Shown here: positions 36,526 to 47,714 of the stretch, piece after piece
How positions within the stretch are numbered: position 1 is the first letter of the stretch
Layout of the letters: each line of letters starts with the position of its first letter
Origin: Octopus sinensis
Taxonomy: Eukaryota
NCBI RefSeq assembly: GCF_006345805.1
Contig: NC_043000.1
Coordinates: forward strand, 20,274,001-20,338,000
Reading direction: 5' to 3'
DNA length: 64,000 bases
Notes under the pieces: model-generated
What the model was told of the DNA's origin: nothing
Database searches by the model: none
Seen by the model: the letters and a program-made list of their open reading frames with translations, nothing else
Made by a program: the position numbers and the translations under genes

Positions 36526-38081
36526 CTTTTTTTTTCTTCTTTCAAATTTTCTTCCATTTCTTGCCGAGTGTCTTCCCGACTCCTAGGGCAAAGAAACTCA
36601 TAGTGTATATCGGTAGGCCATTAAACCAAACTCAGTAGTTCGTTAATTTTTTTTTTTTTTTTAAAGTTAAATTAAAATGCATGAGCAGCAACAGTTCTCA
36701 CATCGACAATGCTCTTCTCAATACGTGTGTTGTACCAGTTAAGACAATCTTTTGCACTTCTTGCAGGGATCATTCTCATATAATTTTCGGTTCCCTTCTT
36801 GATCATTCCTAGTGCTCCTACGATCACTGGTATTGTAACCGCCTTGAGATGCCACATTTTCTCAATTTCAATGAGTAGGTCTTTATATTTTCTGAGCTTG
36901 TCAAACTCTTTCGCTGAGATATTATGATCACAGGGGATGCTCATGTCGATCAATAAGCAAATTTTATTGCTTTGGTCTTTCACAACAATATCTGGTTTAT
37001 TGGCCTTGATGGTTCGGTCTGTATGTACTGGAAAGTCCCACAGAATGGTTACATTTTCTCCTTCAGTTACAGCCTCAGGGTGGTGATTATACCACTTGTC
37101 GGCAGTTTTGATATTGTAATGCCGACTTATTAGCCAGTGGAGATATTGGCCAACTCTGTAATGTCTTAATTTATACTCCACTGGTGCTAAGACTTTACAT
37201 CCAGAGATTAGGTGGTCCACTGTTTCAATCATGTCGTTGCAGAATCGGCATTTTGGGTCTGCTCCATTTTTCATCACATTGGCCTGGTAGTTCCGGGTTG
37301 ATAGGCTTTGGTCTTGAGCAGCCAGGATGAAACCTTCGCTCTCTGCTTTTAGCTCTGAGCTCCGCAGCCACTGATGGGTTTGCTTCTGGTCAACATCAGC
37401 TTGTTTGCTGCGGGTCACATATTTGCCGTGCAGAAGTTTCTCCTCCCACCTATCAGCCAATTGCTCGTGCGCTTTTTTCATTGCCATCATTTTCACCTTC
37501 TTTGCAACAATAGTTGCCGTACTTCCCTCGGGTTGTTCAGTTTGGGTATCCTGCACGAGATCAATAGCAAATTTTTGGCTTTCCTTGATGATAGAATGAA
37601 GCTTCTTTCGTCTCTCGTGATTTTCCACGAGCTTTAGCATCCAGTCATTCGATATTTCGAGATATTTGGCCAGTCCAATTGTGGTTGTTTTGTAAGCTAG
37701 TTCAAATTGGATCAGGCCTCGACCTCCTTGGGCTCTGGGAAGGTAAAGGCGATCTACGTCTGCCTTTGGGTGGTGCATCCTATTACAACTCAGCAGCTTG
37801 CGTATTTTTCTATCTATATTCTTTACTTCACTCATATTCCAGTTCAATACATTGTAGCTATAAGTAACAACTGGAACTGCTAGGGAATTTATAGCTAACA
37901 CCTTGTTACGTGCATTTAGTTCAGATTTCAGGACTGCACGAACTCTCCTATAACATTCCTTCCTGATTTTCTCTTTCATGCTTGCATGCTGAATACCAGA
38001 GCCTTCATTTATCCCTAAATATTTGTATGTTTGTTCTTGCTCAAGCTCTCTTATGACTGTGTCAACATCTAACACGACTGA

Positions 38082-38083
<2 letters not shown>
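36526..38083 (-). mobile_element. Family B 5'-truncated copy
   Basis: 494-aa ORF nearly identical to 14832-16823; small deletion near the C-terminus; (TTA)n flanks. Confidence 0.95.
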
Positions 38084-38123
<40 letters not shown>

Positions 38124-38141
38124 ATTATTATTATTATTATT

Positions 38142-38842
38142 ATATGTTGACTCCAAGTCTCACCCAGAAACCTCAAGAGACAATTTAGAAGTTCAAGTTG
38201 GTGTTATGACTAGGGTGCCATATATTTAGTTTTGCACATGGTGTTGTTCTAGAGAATGTTTAAGGAAACATAAAAAAATTTTAAGTTTGTTTTAAAATTT
38301 GAGATTACATAGTATTTTACGTAGGATAATGGGCAGTTCCCATGAGCACTATTTTAAAAAAATTTTCTACTAATTTTGGGTTTCCTGGTATCTGAGCTAG
38401 GTAGGAATCAGTCCCTTTTGCTATCATTCCTAGGGCACCTATGACAACAGGTATTGTTTCAGTCTTGACGTTCCACATTTTGCCAATTTCTATTTCAACA
38501 CCTTTATACTTACTCAGTTTTTGGTAGGTCTTGACAGATACATTTATGTCAATTGGCACAGTCATATTGATGAGGAGGTATGATTTTTGTCTGAAGTCTT
38601 TCAATATAATGTCTGGTCTATTCGCATCTATTTTTCTGTCAGTTTGAACAATGAAGTTCCAGAGGAGTGGGATGTGGTAAATTTCAAGCACTGGATGTGG
38701 TTTGTGTTCCCAGCAGTTTTTATCATGGGACAAGTTCAAGTTTTTGTAAATTACCCAGTGAATATACTAAGCTGCTCTATCATGCCTGTTGAGACACTCT
38801 CTTGGCACAAGAAGATTGCACATGGAGACAACATGATCTATG

Positions 38843-38843
<1 letters not shown>
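38142..38843 (-). mobile_element. Family C 3' fragment, diverged
   Basis: LLWNFIVQTDRKIDANRPDII..KVGTAH motifs plus UTR. Confidence 0.88.
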
Positions 38844-38904
<61 letters not shown>

Positions 38905-38923
38905 TATTATCATTATTATTATT

Positions 38924-39530
38924 AACTTTAATCTGTAGTTTGTTGCAATCACTGGCCGAGACATACCCAGCATCCTGGGGCAAGGGAAGGATAATAGTTG
39001 TTACAGTATAACTGAAAGCTTCATGAGGGTAGTGGCAGGAGCTGTAGTAAAATATATCCATGGAATACTACATAAATATATAAATTGATAGCGTATTTCT
39101 AAGTATGTAGGCAGTACTTGTCGACATAACCTTTTGGATTTCTTTGAGACATGGTTCTCCTGAGATGTTTACATGTTTCTGACATACCATTTTTTTTATC
39201 ATACCAGCAACAGCTTTTGCTTTAAGGTGTCACATTTTTGTATTTCAATTTCCAGGCCCTTATATTTACTATATTTGTCAAATTCCTTTACAGTTATATT
39301 TTTATCAGTGGAAACACTTACATCTGTTAGTCTACAAATATTTCCTTCCCTGTCTTTAATAATTATGTCTGGTTGATTAGCCTGGATCGTTCTGTCAGCG
39401 TTGACTGGAAAATTGCAGAGGATAGTGACATTTTTACCTTCAATGACTGGCTTAGGACTATGTTCATACCAGTAAAGTAGGAGTGCCAATTTTGTAGTGT
39501 TTACATATTTTCCAATGTGAAAACTGTCCT
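38924..39530 (-). mobile_element. R4/Dong-like RLE fragment and distinct 3' UTR, family G
   Basis: WYEHSPKPVIEGKNVTIL..ANQPDIIIKD..DVSV..KEFDKYSKYKGLEIEI. Confidence 0.8.
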
Positions 39531-39594
39531 ACCCTATTGTGACAATTTTTTGTGTTCATTTGGTGTCACTATCATTAATATTATTGTTATTGTT

Positions 39595-39625
<31 letters not shown>

Positions 39626-39631
39626 TTGCTG

Positions 39632-39733
<102 letters not shown>

Positions 39734-39734
39734 T

Positions 39735-39932
39735 TATGATTTATGGGATTTTCTTCTTCTTTCAAATTTGCTTCCATTTCTTGCCGAGTGTCTTCCCGAC
39801 TCCTAGGGCAAATAAACTCATTGTATACATTGGTAGGCCATTAAACTAAACTCACTAGTTCGTTTGTTGTTGTTTTTTTATAGAACTAAAGTTAAATTAA
39901 AATACATGGGTAGTAATAGTTCTCACATCGAC
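39735..39932 (-). mobile_element. Family B-like 3' UTR only
   Basis: Reverse complement of gagaact..gccctaggagtcgggaagacactcggcaagaaatggaagc... Confidence 0.85.
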
Positions 39933-39933
39933 A

Positions 39934-39968
<35 letters not shown>

Positions 39969-40098
39969 CATTATTATTATTATCATTATTATTTATTATT
40001 ACTATTATCATCATCATCATCATTATTATTATTTGTTATTATTATTATTATCATCATCATCATCATTATTATTACTATTACTATTACTATTACTATTA

Positions 40099-40147
<49 letters not shown>

Positions 40148-40560
40148 AGTGGTGAGCTGGCAGAATCATTAGCTCACCAGACCAAATGCTTCGTGGCATT
40201 TTGTCTGTCTTTGTGTTCTGAGCTCAAATTTCACCAAGGTCAATTTTATAAGTATGAGACAAGTACTGGGAGTTAATGTAATCAACTTGCTCGCCTTATT
40301 AACAGCTGATGACCTTGTGCCAACATTTGAATCCATCATCATCATCATCAGCAGCAGCAGCAGCAGCATCGTTATTTTAGGCAGTGAGCTGACAGAATTG
40401 TTAGCGCGCTGGAAGAAATGCTTAGCGGTATTTTGCCCGTCGCCACGTTATTAGTTCAGACTCTGCCGAGGTCGACTTTGCCTTACATCCTTTCGGGGTC
40501 AATAAATTAAGTAACAGTGAAACAGTGAAGTCGATGTAATCGACAAATTTCCTCTCCCAA
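40148..40560 (+). mobile_element. Two tandem, diverged SINE S2 copies
   Basis: ggtgagctggcagaatc.. and ggcagtgagctgacagaa..gaggtcgactttgccttacatcctttcggggtc. Confidence 0.8.
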
Positions 40561-41067
40561 AATGGCTGCCGTTGAGGCAAAATTTGAATCCGTTATTGTT
40601 GTTGTTGTTGTTATCATAAATCTATTACATGCTACTTTAGTTAGCAGGGATATTATCTTGAAGTTTGGTGAGAGCAGGTAACCTCACATCTCAAGACTCT
40701 TTTTTAGGCTTCTTGTAGAATATACTATAGCATTTCTTTCTGTCTCAATTCCGATATTCTTGGGCCTCTCAGATGGACTGCTAGATGTTATGCACCGATT
40801 TTACAGTAATGACAAATCTTAGATTTCATGTAATAAATTTTGATAAAGGCCATGTATATTTGTCATGTAGATTTTCAGCTTTCATTTAGTCCAAAGGATT
40901 CACTCTGATTCGTTTTTTATGCAGTGGTAGTCATATATTTAAATATATATTTTGTGATTTTCAATGTTAGGAACATAACACTATAAAATATAGTATCTTT
41001 ATACAATTATATTATTATACCATATATGTATAACTATATCTCATTATATATATTATTTACTTAACAG

Positions 41068-41931
41068 GATAATCTACGTTCAAGTGAGGAAACCTTTACC
41101 GCCATTTACAGTAACCTTTCAATAGACACTGCAAATCTTTCCAATGACATCACAGTATTGACTGCATATTTCAACATCGGAGCCTTTGCAAAGGGATCTG
41201 TCAGGATTAAATTTACACCTAGTAATTATTACGAATGGATGTCTGCATATGGCAAGATGCGCAATAATCTAGTTGTTTATACAGATGATGAACGAACATA
41301 CAAAACTTTTCAGAAGTTGAGGGGGAATGTTTTCAAAGAACAAACCAAGTTATTTTTTATAAACAAGACAGAATTGTTATCATTTCGGATAGAAAAAAAT
41401 ATCTCTGATATATTTAAACAACAGGGTTACCCAAAGCATCTTCCCAATACTGTTATTCCCGAGTACTCTTGTGCCATGCATGCCAAATATGAATTGCTTA
41501 ACCGAATCATAAGAAAGAACTTTTTTCACACTAAATACTTTATGTGGTCAGATATTGGATTATTCCGAACACCTCAAAATTCTTTATTTAAATTCGCACT
41601 ACCTAAAAATTTTGATGATACAAAAGTTGCCTTCAGCCGAGTATATGGTTTTAATAGGAATTCAGCATACAAAGACATTATTTATAATAATGCTGTGTGG
41701 CTTGCAGGTGGCTGTAGTCTTGGTAAATATGATGTTTTGCTCAAATTTACTCAAGAATATTTCAACTTTCTTCATGAAGCTTTATCCATGAAGCTAGTGA
41801 GTACAGATCAGCAAATTATATATGGGATGTATGTGGACAAACAAAAGCCTGTGACGAAGCTCCAACTTTATGAATCAGGTTGGTACGCATTAAGCAATAC
41901 ATGTTATGAAGCAGGAAAGGCACTAATTTGA
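41068..41931 (+). CDS. Large terminal exon encoding an HtrL/YibB-family-like protein (putative glycosyltransferase-type)
   Basis: ttaacag acceptor, then 287 open codons in AT-rich DNA: TVLTAYFNIG..NLVVYTD..PEYSCAMHAKY..TKYFMWSDIG..LAGG..STDQQIIY; family assignment from recalled motifs. Confidence 0.8.
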   Translation, partial: DNLRSSEETFTAIYSNLSIDTANLSNDITVLTAYFNIGAFAKGSVRIKFTPSNYYEWMSAYGKMRNNLVVYTDDERTYKTFQKLRGNVFKEQTKLFFINKTELLSFRIEKNISDIFKQQGYPKHLPNTVIPEYSCAMHAKYELLNRIIRKNFFHTKYFMWSDIGLFRTPQNSLFKFALPKNFDDTKVAFSRVYGFNRNSAYKDIIYNNAVWLAGGCSLGKYDVLLKFTQEYFNFLHEALSMKLVSTDQQIIYGMYVDKQKPVTKLQLYESGWYALSNTCYEAGKALI

Positions 41932-42171
41932 TTAATATCTTCCATGCTTCAAAAATATGCATGTAGTAAAACAATACGCAAAAGAATGTTTAGAATCATC
42001 ATTTTGTTAAGGAGCATGTCACCTTATGATGATAGCATACTCTCTCTTTTACTCTCTTTTACTTGTTTCAGTCATTTGACTGCGGCCATGCTGCAGCACA
42101 GCCACTCCTGCGCCTAATGTAAATATATTTTGCTCAACTTTCCTTTCTTGCATTCATTTTGTTTCATATTT

Positions 42172-42480
42172 AACTAGCAGTATCGCCCGGCGTTGCTCGG
42201 GTTTGTAAGGGAAATAACTATATAAGAATTTTTAGTGAGTTACTTCCCTTATATAAACCGAGCAAAAAATGCTTTAAAAATGCGGAAAAATGATGGTAAT
42301 TTTTTTTTAAATCGTTGACTCATCGTAGACGCGCGCTAATACCCAGAAGGGCTCGATATGAATCACGACTATAAGATACCCGGTTTTGGTTAAACTGCAC
42401 TGCAAAATGTGGGAGTAGTTAGGAATCTAAATCGGAGTAGATAGACACACACACAACTTCAGTTTTATATATAAAGATTT
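42172..42480 (+). mobile_element. Helentron-associated non-autonomous element (DINE-1/HINE-like)
   Basis: Starts actagc..CCCGGCGTTGCTCGGG hairpin; ends gac-ac microsatellite then cagttttatatataaagat. Confidence 0.65.
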
Positions 42481-42679
42481 AACTACAAACACACACACAA
42501 ACACAAATGTATATAGACATACACACATACATATTCTTCATCTAACTAACATATATATATATATATACATATATATGTATATATATATACATATATATAT
42601 ATATATAAATATATACATATATGTATATAGTATGGTTTGTATATATATTATATATATTATATATATATATATATATATA

Positions 42680-42870
42680 GGTGCAGGAGTGGGTGTGTGA
42701 TAAGTAGCTCTCTTACCAACCACATGGTTCTGGGTTCAGTCTCACTGCGTGGCACCTTGGGCAAGTGTCTTCTACTATAGCCTTGGGCCGACCAAAGCCT
42801 TGTGAGTGGATTTGGTAGACGGAAACTGAAACAAGCTCGTTGTATGTATATATGTATATGTATATGTATA

Positions 42871-42918
<48 letters not shown>

Positions 42919-43143
42919 GTCTGTGTATATGTTTGTGTGTTTGTGTTTGTCCCCTCAACATCGCTTGACAACCGATGCTGGTGTGTTTACGTCCCCGTAA
43001 CTTAGCGGTTCAGCAAAAGAGACCGATAGAATAAGATCTAGGCTTACAACGAATAAGTCCTGAGGTCGAGTTGCTCAGCTAAAGGCAGTGCTCCAGCATG
43101 GCCGCAGTCAAATGACTGAAACAAGTAAAAGAGAAAAAAGAGA
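42680..43143 (+). mobile_element. SINE S1, full length, long central microsatellite
   Basis: Complete head, core and tail. Confidence 0.92.
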
Positions 43144-43164
43144 ATATATATATATATATAAATG

Positions 43165-43350
43165 TGTGTCTTGCAAACAACTTGCACATGCAAGCGCTAC
43201 CAGTTAAAAACTCCGCATACCGGAAGCCAGCAAGTGTATGGGGTCATCAGGAGAGAATGCGCGCCGTTTCGGGGCCTACCTCTCGACGGCATCAATGGGC
43301 ACCGGCCCCCCTCACTGATATGAGGCCTCGCTTGCTTGATCAGCTGGTTA
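43165..43350 (-). mobile_element. 3' UTR-only copy of the HERO-like element
   Basis: Reverse complement aligns to 25040-25250 (gatgc(c/t)gtcgaga..ggcccc(g/a)aaacgg..cattctctc(c/t)tgatgaccc). Confidence 0.75.
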
Positions 43351-43418
43351 TCAAATATATATATTATATATTATATATATATATATTATATATATATATA
43401 ATATATATATATATACAC

Positions 43419-43474
<56 letters not shown>

Positions 43475-43482
43475 TATATATA

Positions 43483-43636
43483 CTTTATTTTAAGCAGCAG
43501 AAAATTCAACAAAATCTGTTACTCTGAGTTTCTCGTTGCCGTTCATCAGACAGTTTTTGCAAAAACTGTCTGATGAACGGCAACGAGAAACTCAGAGTAA
43601 CAGATTTTGTTGAATTTTCTGCTGCTTAAAATAAAG
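43483..43636. repeat. Perfect 154-bp palindrome (77-bp arms, no spacer)
   Basis: Centre tttttg|caaaaa at 43559/43560; arms checked by eye. Confidence 0.95.
43562..43609 (+). ncRNA. Type I minimal hammerhead ribozyme (mirror copy on - strand, 43510-43557)
   Basis: Stem I CUGU/ACAG (extendable AAAA/UUUU), CUGAUGA, stem II CG-GCAA-CG, GAAA, palindromic stem III ACUC-A-GAGU, cleavage GUA after 43599. Confidence 0.75.
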
Positions 43637-43760
43637 CATATTACTCTACCACTGGTATTTGAGTACTCTTTTTTCCACCTTGTTTCACATTTATGTGTTT
43701 ACTCCGGTATATATATATAATATATATATATATATTATATATATATATATATAATATATA

Positions 43761-45373
43761 CAGTGGCGGCCAAAATGTTCAGAACGGCATTGTTTTCGTC
43801 AGAAAAGTAGATATAATTTTTTATCAAAATTGTTTTATATTCTATAATTTTTACAGACAATAAATACGATATTATTTGTTATTGTCTGAGATTTTGGTGT
43901 AATTTGAGAGGATAATACAAAAGTTATGGATGATTTAGTGATTTACTGCAAAACCCATGGCGGCCAAAATGATCAGAACGGTTGCTTTTACTCCGTGTTT
44001 TAGTATATCTAACCGGCGAACTCTAATGTTTTGAATTTCTTTACGTGACGGTTCGTTTACTAAACATTAGTAAGAATATTTGCAGTGTACTTTGTTAATA
44101 TAATGCCACTTACTCCGTTACCAATTCGTCAGCAGATTATTAATCTTTGAAGGAAGGATAATTTGAGTATTGGGTCAATTGCAAAGATTGTTAACAAGTC
44201 AAAAAGTGTTGTACACCGTATTCTTAAGGTCTACGATGATTGTGATTCGTGTGAAGCAAGAAAGTCTACAAGTAGGCCAAGAAAAACGACCAAGAGAGAA
44301 GATCGTGCTATGGTAAAGTTGGTTAAAAAGGACAGATTTAAAACTGCTGCTGCTGTTTCTCGGAAAAAGAGCATTGTATTGAAGAAAAGTTTATCTCGAG
44401 AAACTGTGTCTCGTCGTTTAGTTGAACATGACCTACAAGCAAGAGCACCTGCATAGAAGTCACTGATCAGCTCCAAAAATAAAAAGTGTCGTCTTAACTT
44501 TGCAAACGAACATGTGTTGTGGTCTCAAGAAAAATCGCAAACGGTGCATTTCAGTGATGAATCTAAGTTTATGTTATTTGGCTCAGATGGGAAAGGTACG
44601 TTCGTTGAAAAGTAGGTGAAAAATTGTCGCCTAAATGCCTTAAGACTAGTGTTAAATTCGGTGGAGGAAGTGTCATGGTTTGGGGGATGATGTCTGGAGA
44701 TGGTGTGGGCCCTTTGGTGCGATTACATGGAAAGGTAAATGCAGGAGTTTATAAACAACTTGTAAAAGATCATGTCTTGCCTGTGCTGAGGAATTCAACT
44801 AAGCGACCACCCATATTCATGCAGGCCAATGCCCCATGTCACAAGGCTAAGGTGGTCATGAACTTCCCCAAGGCTGAAAAGGTTATTATTATGGATTGGC
44901 CTGCTCAAAGTCCAGATCTCAATCCTATTGAAAATGTATGGAATATTCTAGGAGAACGTTCGAAAGCCAGAATCCTAAAACAACTGAGCAATTATGGAAT
45001 GCCCTTCAGGAAGAATGGAATAAGATCACCCAGCAAGAAATTGAAAATTTAATTTCCTCATGCAGTCAAAGTGTGATTGAAGCTAAAGGGCTTCACACTA
45101 AATATTAAATAATTCCAGTATTCTCTGTCATTTTTGATTATTTTGTTATTTTTTCAACCATTCTGATCATTTTGGCTGCCATGGGTTTTGCAGTAAATCA
45201 CTAAATCATCCATAACTTTTGTATTATCCTCAAATTACACCAAAATCCCAGACAATAACAATTAATATCGTTTTTATTGTCTGTGAAAATTATAGAATAT
45301 AAAACTACTTTGATAAAAACTTATACTTACTTTTCTGACGAAAACAATGCCGTTCTGAACATTTTGGTCGCAA

Positions 45374-45376
<3 letters not shown>
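43761..45376 (+). mobile_element. Tc1-like IR/DR transposon, both ends present (1616 bp), transposase pseudogene
   Basis: About 220-bp TIRs, each with an outer and inner ggcggccaaaatg(t/a)tcagaacgg-like repeat; TA flanks; HFSDESKF, QANAPCH, WPAQSPDLNPIENVW. Confidence 0.93.
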
Positions 45377-45452
<76 letters not shown>

Positions 45453-45558
45453 CACATACATACATACATACATACATACATACTACATACATACATACAT
45501 AATACATACATATATGTATACATATATATATACACATACATTCATACATATACATACA

Positions 45559-45619
<61 letters not shown>

Positions 45620-45630
<11 letters not shown>

Positions 45631-47419
45631 CAAAATACATAAACAGGGAGAATCCTGAGTTACAAGGTGGTCTAAATAGGAATGATGCTCTGTTCGTTGT
45701 ACCTAGCAATAGTAAATCAAGCATTGAAAGGATTAAAAAGAAAATTAATAAATTCTTTAAAGATTTTAACCTTAGCATTACTTACGAACCTGGCACTAAG
45801 ATAGTTAATTTCCTAGATGTTACCTTAAACCTTAATTCAAAGCTACATTATCCATTTAGAAAGGAAGGCGAAATCACTAGATATGTAAATAAGTTATCTA
45901 AGGATCCCTCAAATATAATAAAATCATTAGTTAAAGTTATTTCCCTAAGAATTTCCAAATTGTCATCTAATAGTGATATATTTAACTCTCACTCTAACCA
46001 TTACAATACCGCATTATCTAAAGCGGAATATGATCAAGAAATTACCTTTCTCGATAAGGATAGTTTGTATCTTCGTAACAATGAAGCGAATATAAATAAC
46101 GTAAACAATAATAGCTATCATACCCTACATAAAAATAGATTTATGGTGACGAAAAATCTAATGTATAAACCAAATTATAAGAATAAAAATATTGACCAGT
46201 TCGTAAGTAACTTTGAAAAAACTAATCTAGGTAAATCTAAAAAACGTGCAAATAGAAGTAAAACGAATAATAATTCTCGTGAGAATGGTAATAATACATC
46301 TCACCCCAATTCTAACTTACAAAAATATAAAAGATAAAATATCATTTGGCTAAATATTCCCTTTAATTGTGCGATCTTGTCGAATGTGTACAGTTAATTT
46401 AAATCTATATTAGAAAAAATTTTCCAGCCTCCCATAAATATCATAAAATAATTTCTAAGAGAACAGTTAGGATATCATATTCAACCCTCCCAAATATGTC
46501 TACCATAATAGCTAGACTTAATAGTAAAAACATTAAGTTAGCCAGGAGTAGTACGATTAGTATCAACACGAATAGTAATAATAATTGTAATAATAGCATC
46601 AAAAATAGAAGTAATAGTAATAATCATTATCACAATGAGAACAAACAACAATAATAATAACATCAATAATATTAATAAAAATAATTATAATGGTAATAAT
46701 AAGGATAATAAAAATAAAAATAATACTAAAAATGATAATAGCAATAATATTAATAACAATAATAACAACATTGATATAAATACAAATAATAATAATAGCA
46801 ATACCAATAATGTAGGTAATAAAGGTATTGGTATGTTGGATGTGAATGATAGTGTAAATGGATCCCCATTTTAGATAACAATATGACCACTAATAATGAA
46901 AATAATACTAATAATATTACTAATAATAATTTAAATAACAGTAGTGTGAGAGAACTATCCTTAAATAATTCTAAATCTGAAAATGATCCCCCCAGTTGCA
47001 ATTGTAGGATTAGATCAAAATGTCCGGCATCTGGTCGTTGTTCGGTCCAAAATGTAATCTATAAAAGCACTATAATAACTTCTAACAGTAACTTCTTTTA
47101 TCTGGGTTGTTCTATTAATTTTAAACAGCGGATTAGCAATCATCTCTCCTCTTTCCGTTTGAAACATAAGGCAGGTTGCACTATACTATCTAGCAAAATT
47201 TGGGAACTTAAAACTAATAATATAGAATACATCCTACAATGGGATATAGTTAGGAGGGCAAAACCTTATAGAAATAATAGAGTAGGCGGCCAACACTGTT
47301 CTATGGAAACCTACGAAATTTTAAAGTATCAAAGTAATAAAAATCTACTGAATAATCGTCTAGAGTTAGGTCCGTCTTGCATTCATTCAACAATTAGAAC
47401 TTTCAAATATTTTAAATAA
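45620..47419 (+). mobile_element. Penelope element fragment (RT thumb, linker, GIY-YIG)
   Basis: [30 protein letters not shown]; IIWLNIPF; CNCR..CP..GRC..NVIY..FYLG..FKQRISNH..WELK..C.METYEI. Confidence 0.9.
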
Positions 47420-47714
47420 AAATTTTAAGGTTTTCCTACTTTTTCTAACTGTATCTTTTTAATATAATAATAATATGAGATATACTATACCAACCCCTAA
47501 TTTACTTTTATAGTCAACTAAATTAACCTTACTTTAATCATGAAATTGCACATTTTCCCAATTCTATTCTAATTTTAACATTTAATACTATTCCCCAAGT
47601 TATAAAATACGGTATCTATTATAAATTAGATGAGGTGTTGTTCCCCTACCCTTTGCAAAAGAATTTAATTGACCACTGGACCTAGATTTTTTCTCACCAC
47701 ATAAAAATAAAAGA

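Noticed and set aside
40648-40677. Short cag|..cag|gtaacc exon upstream of the HtrL-like exon
   Set aside because: The only open frame ends in phase 2, incompatible with the phase-0 acceptor at 41068; it could only be UTR.
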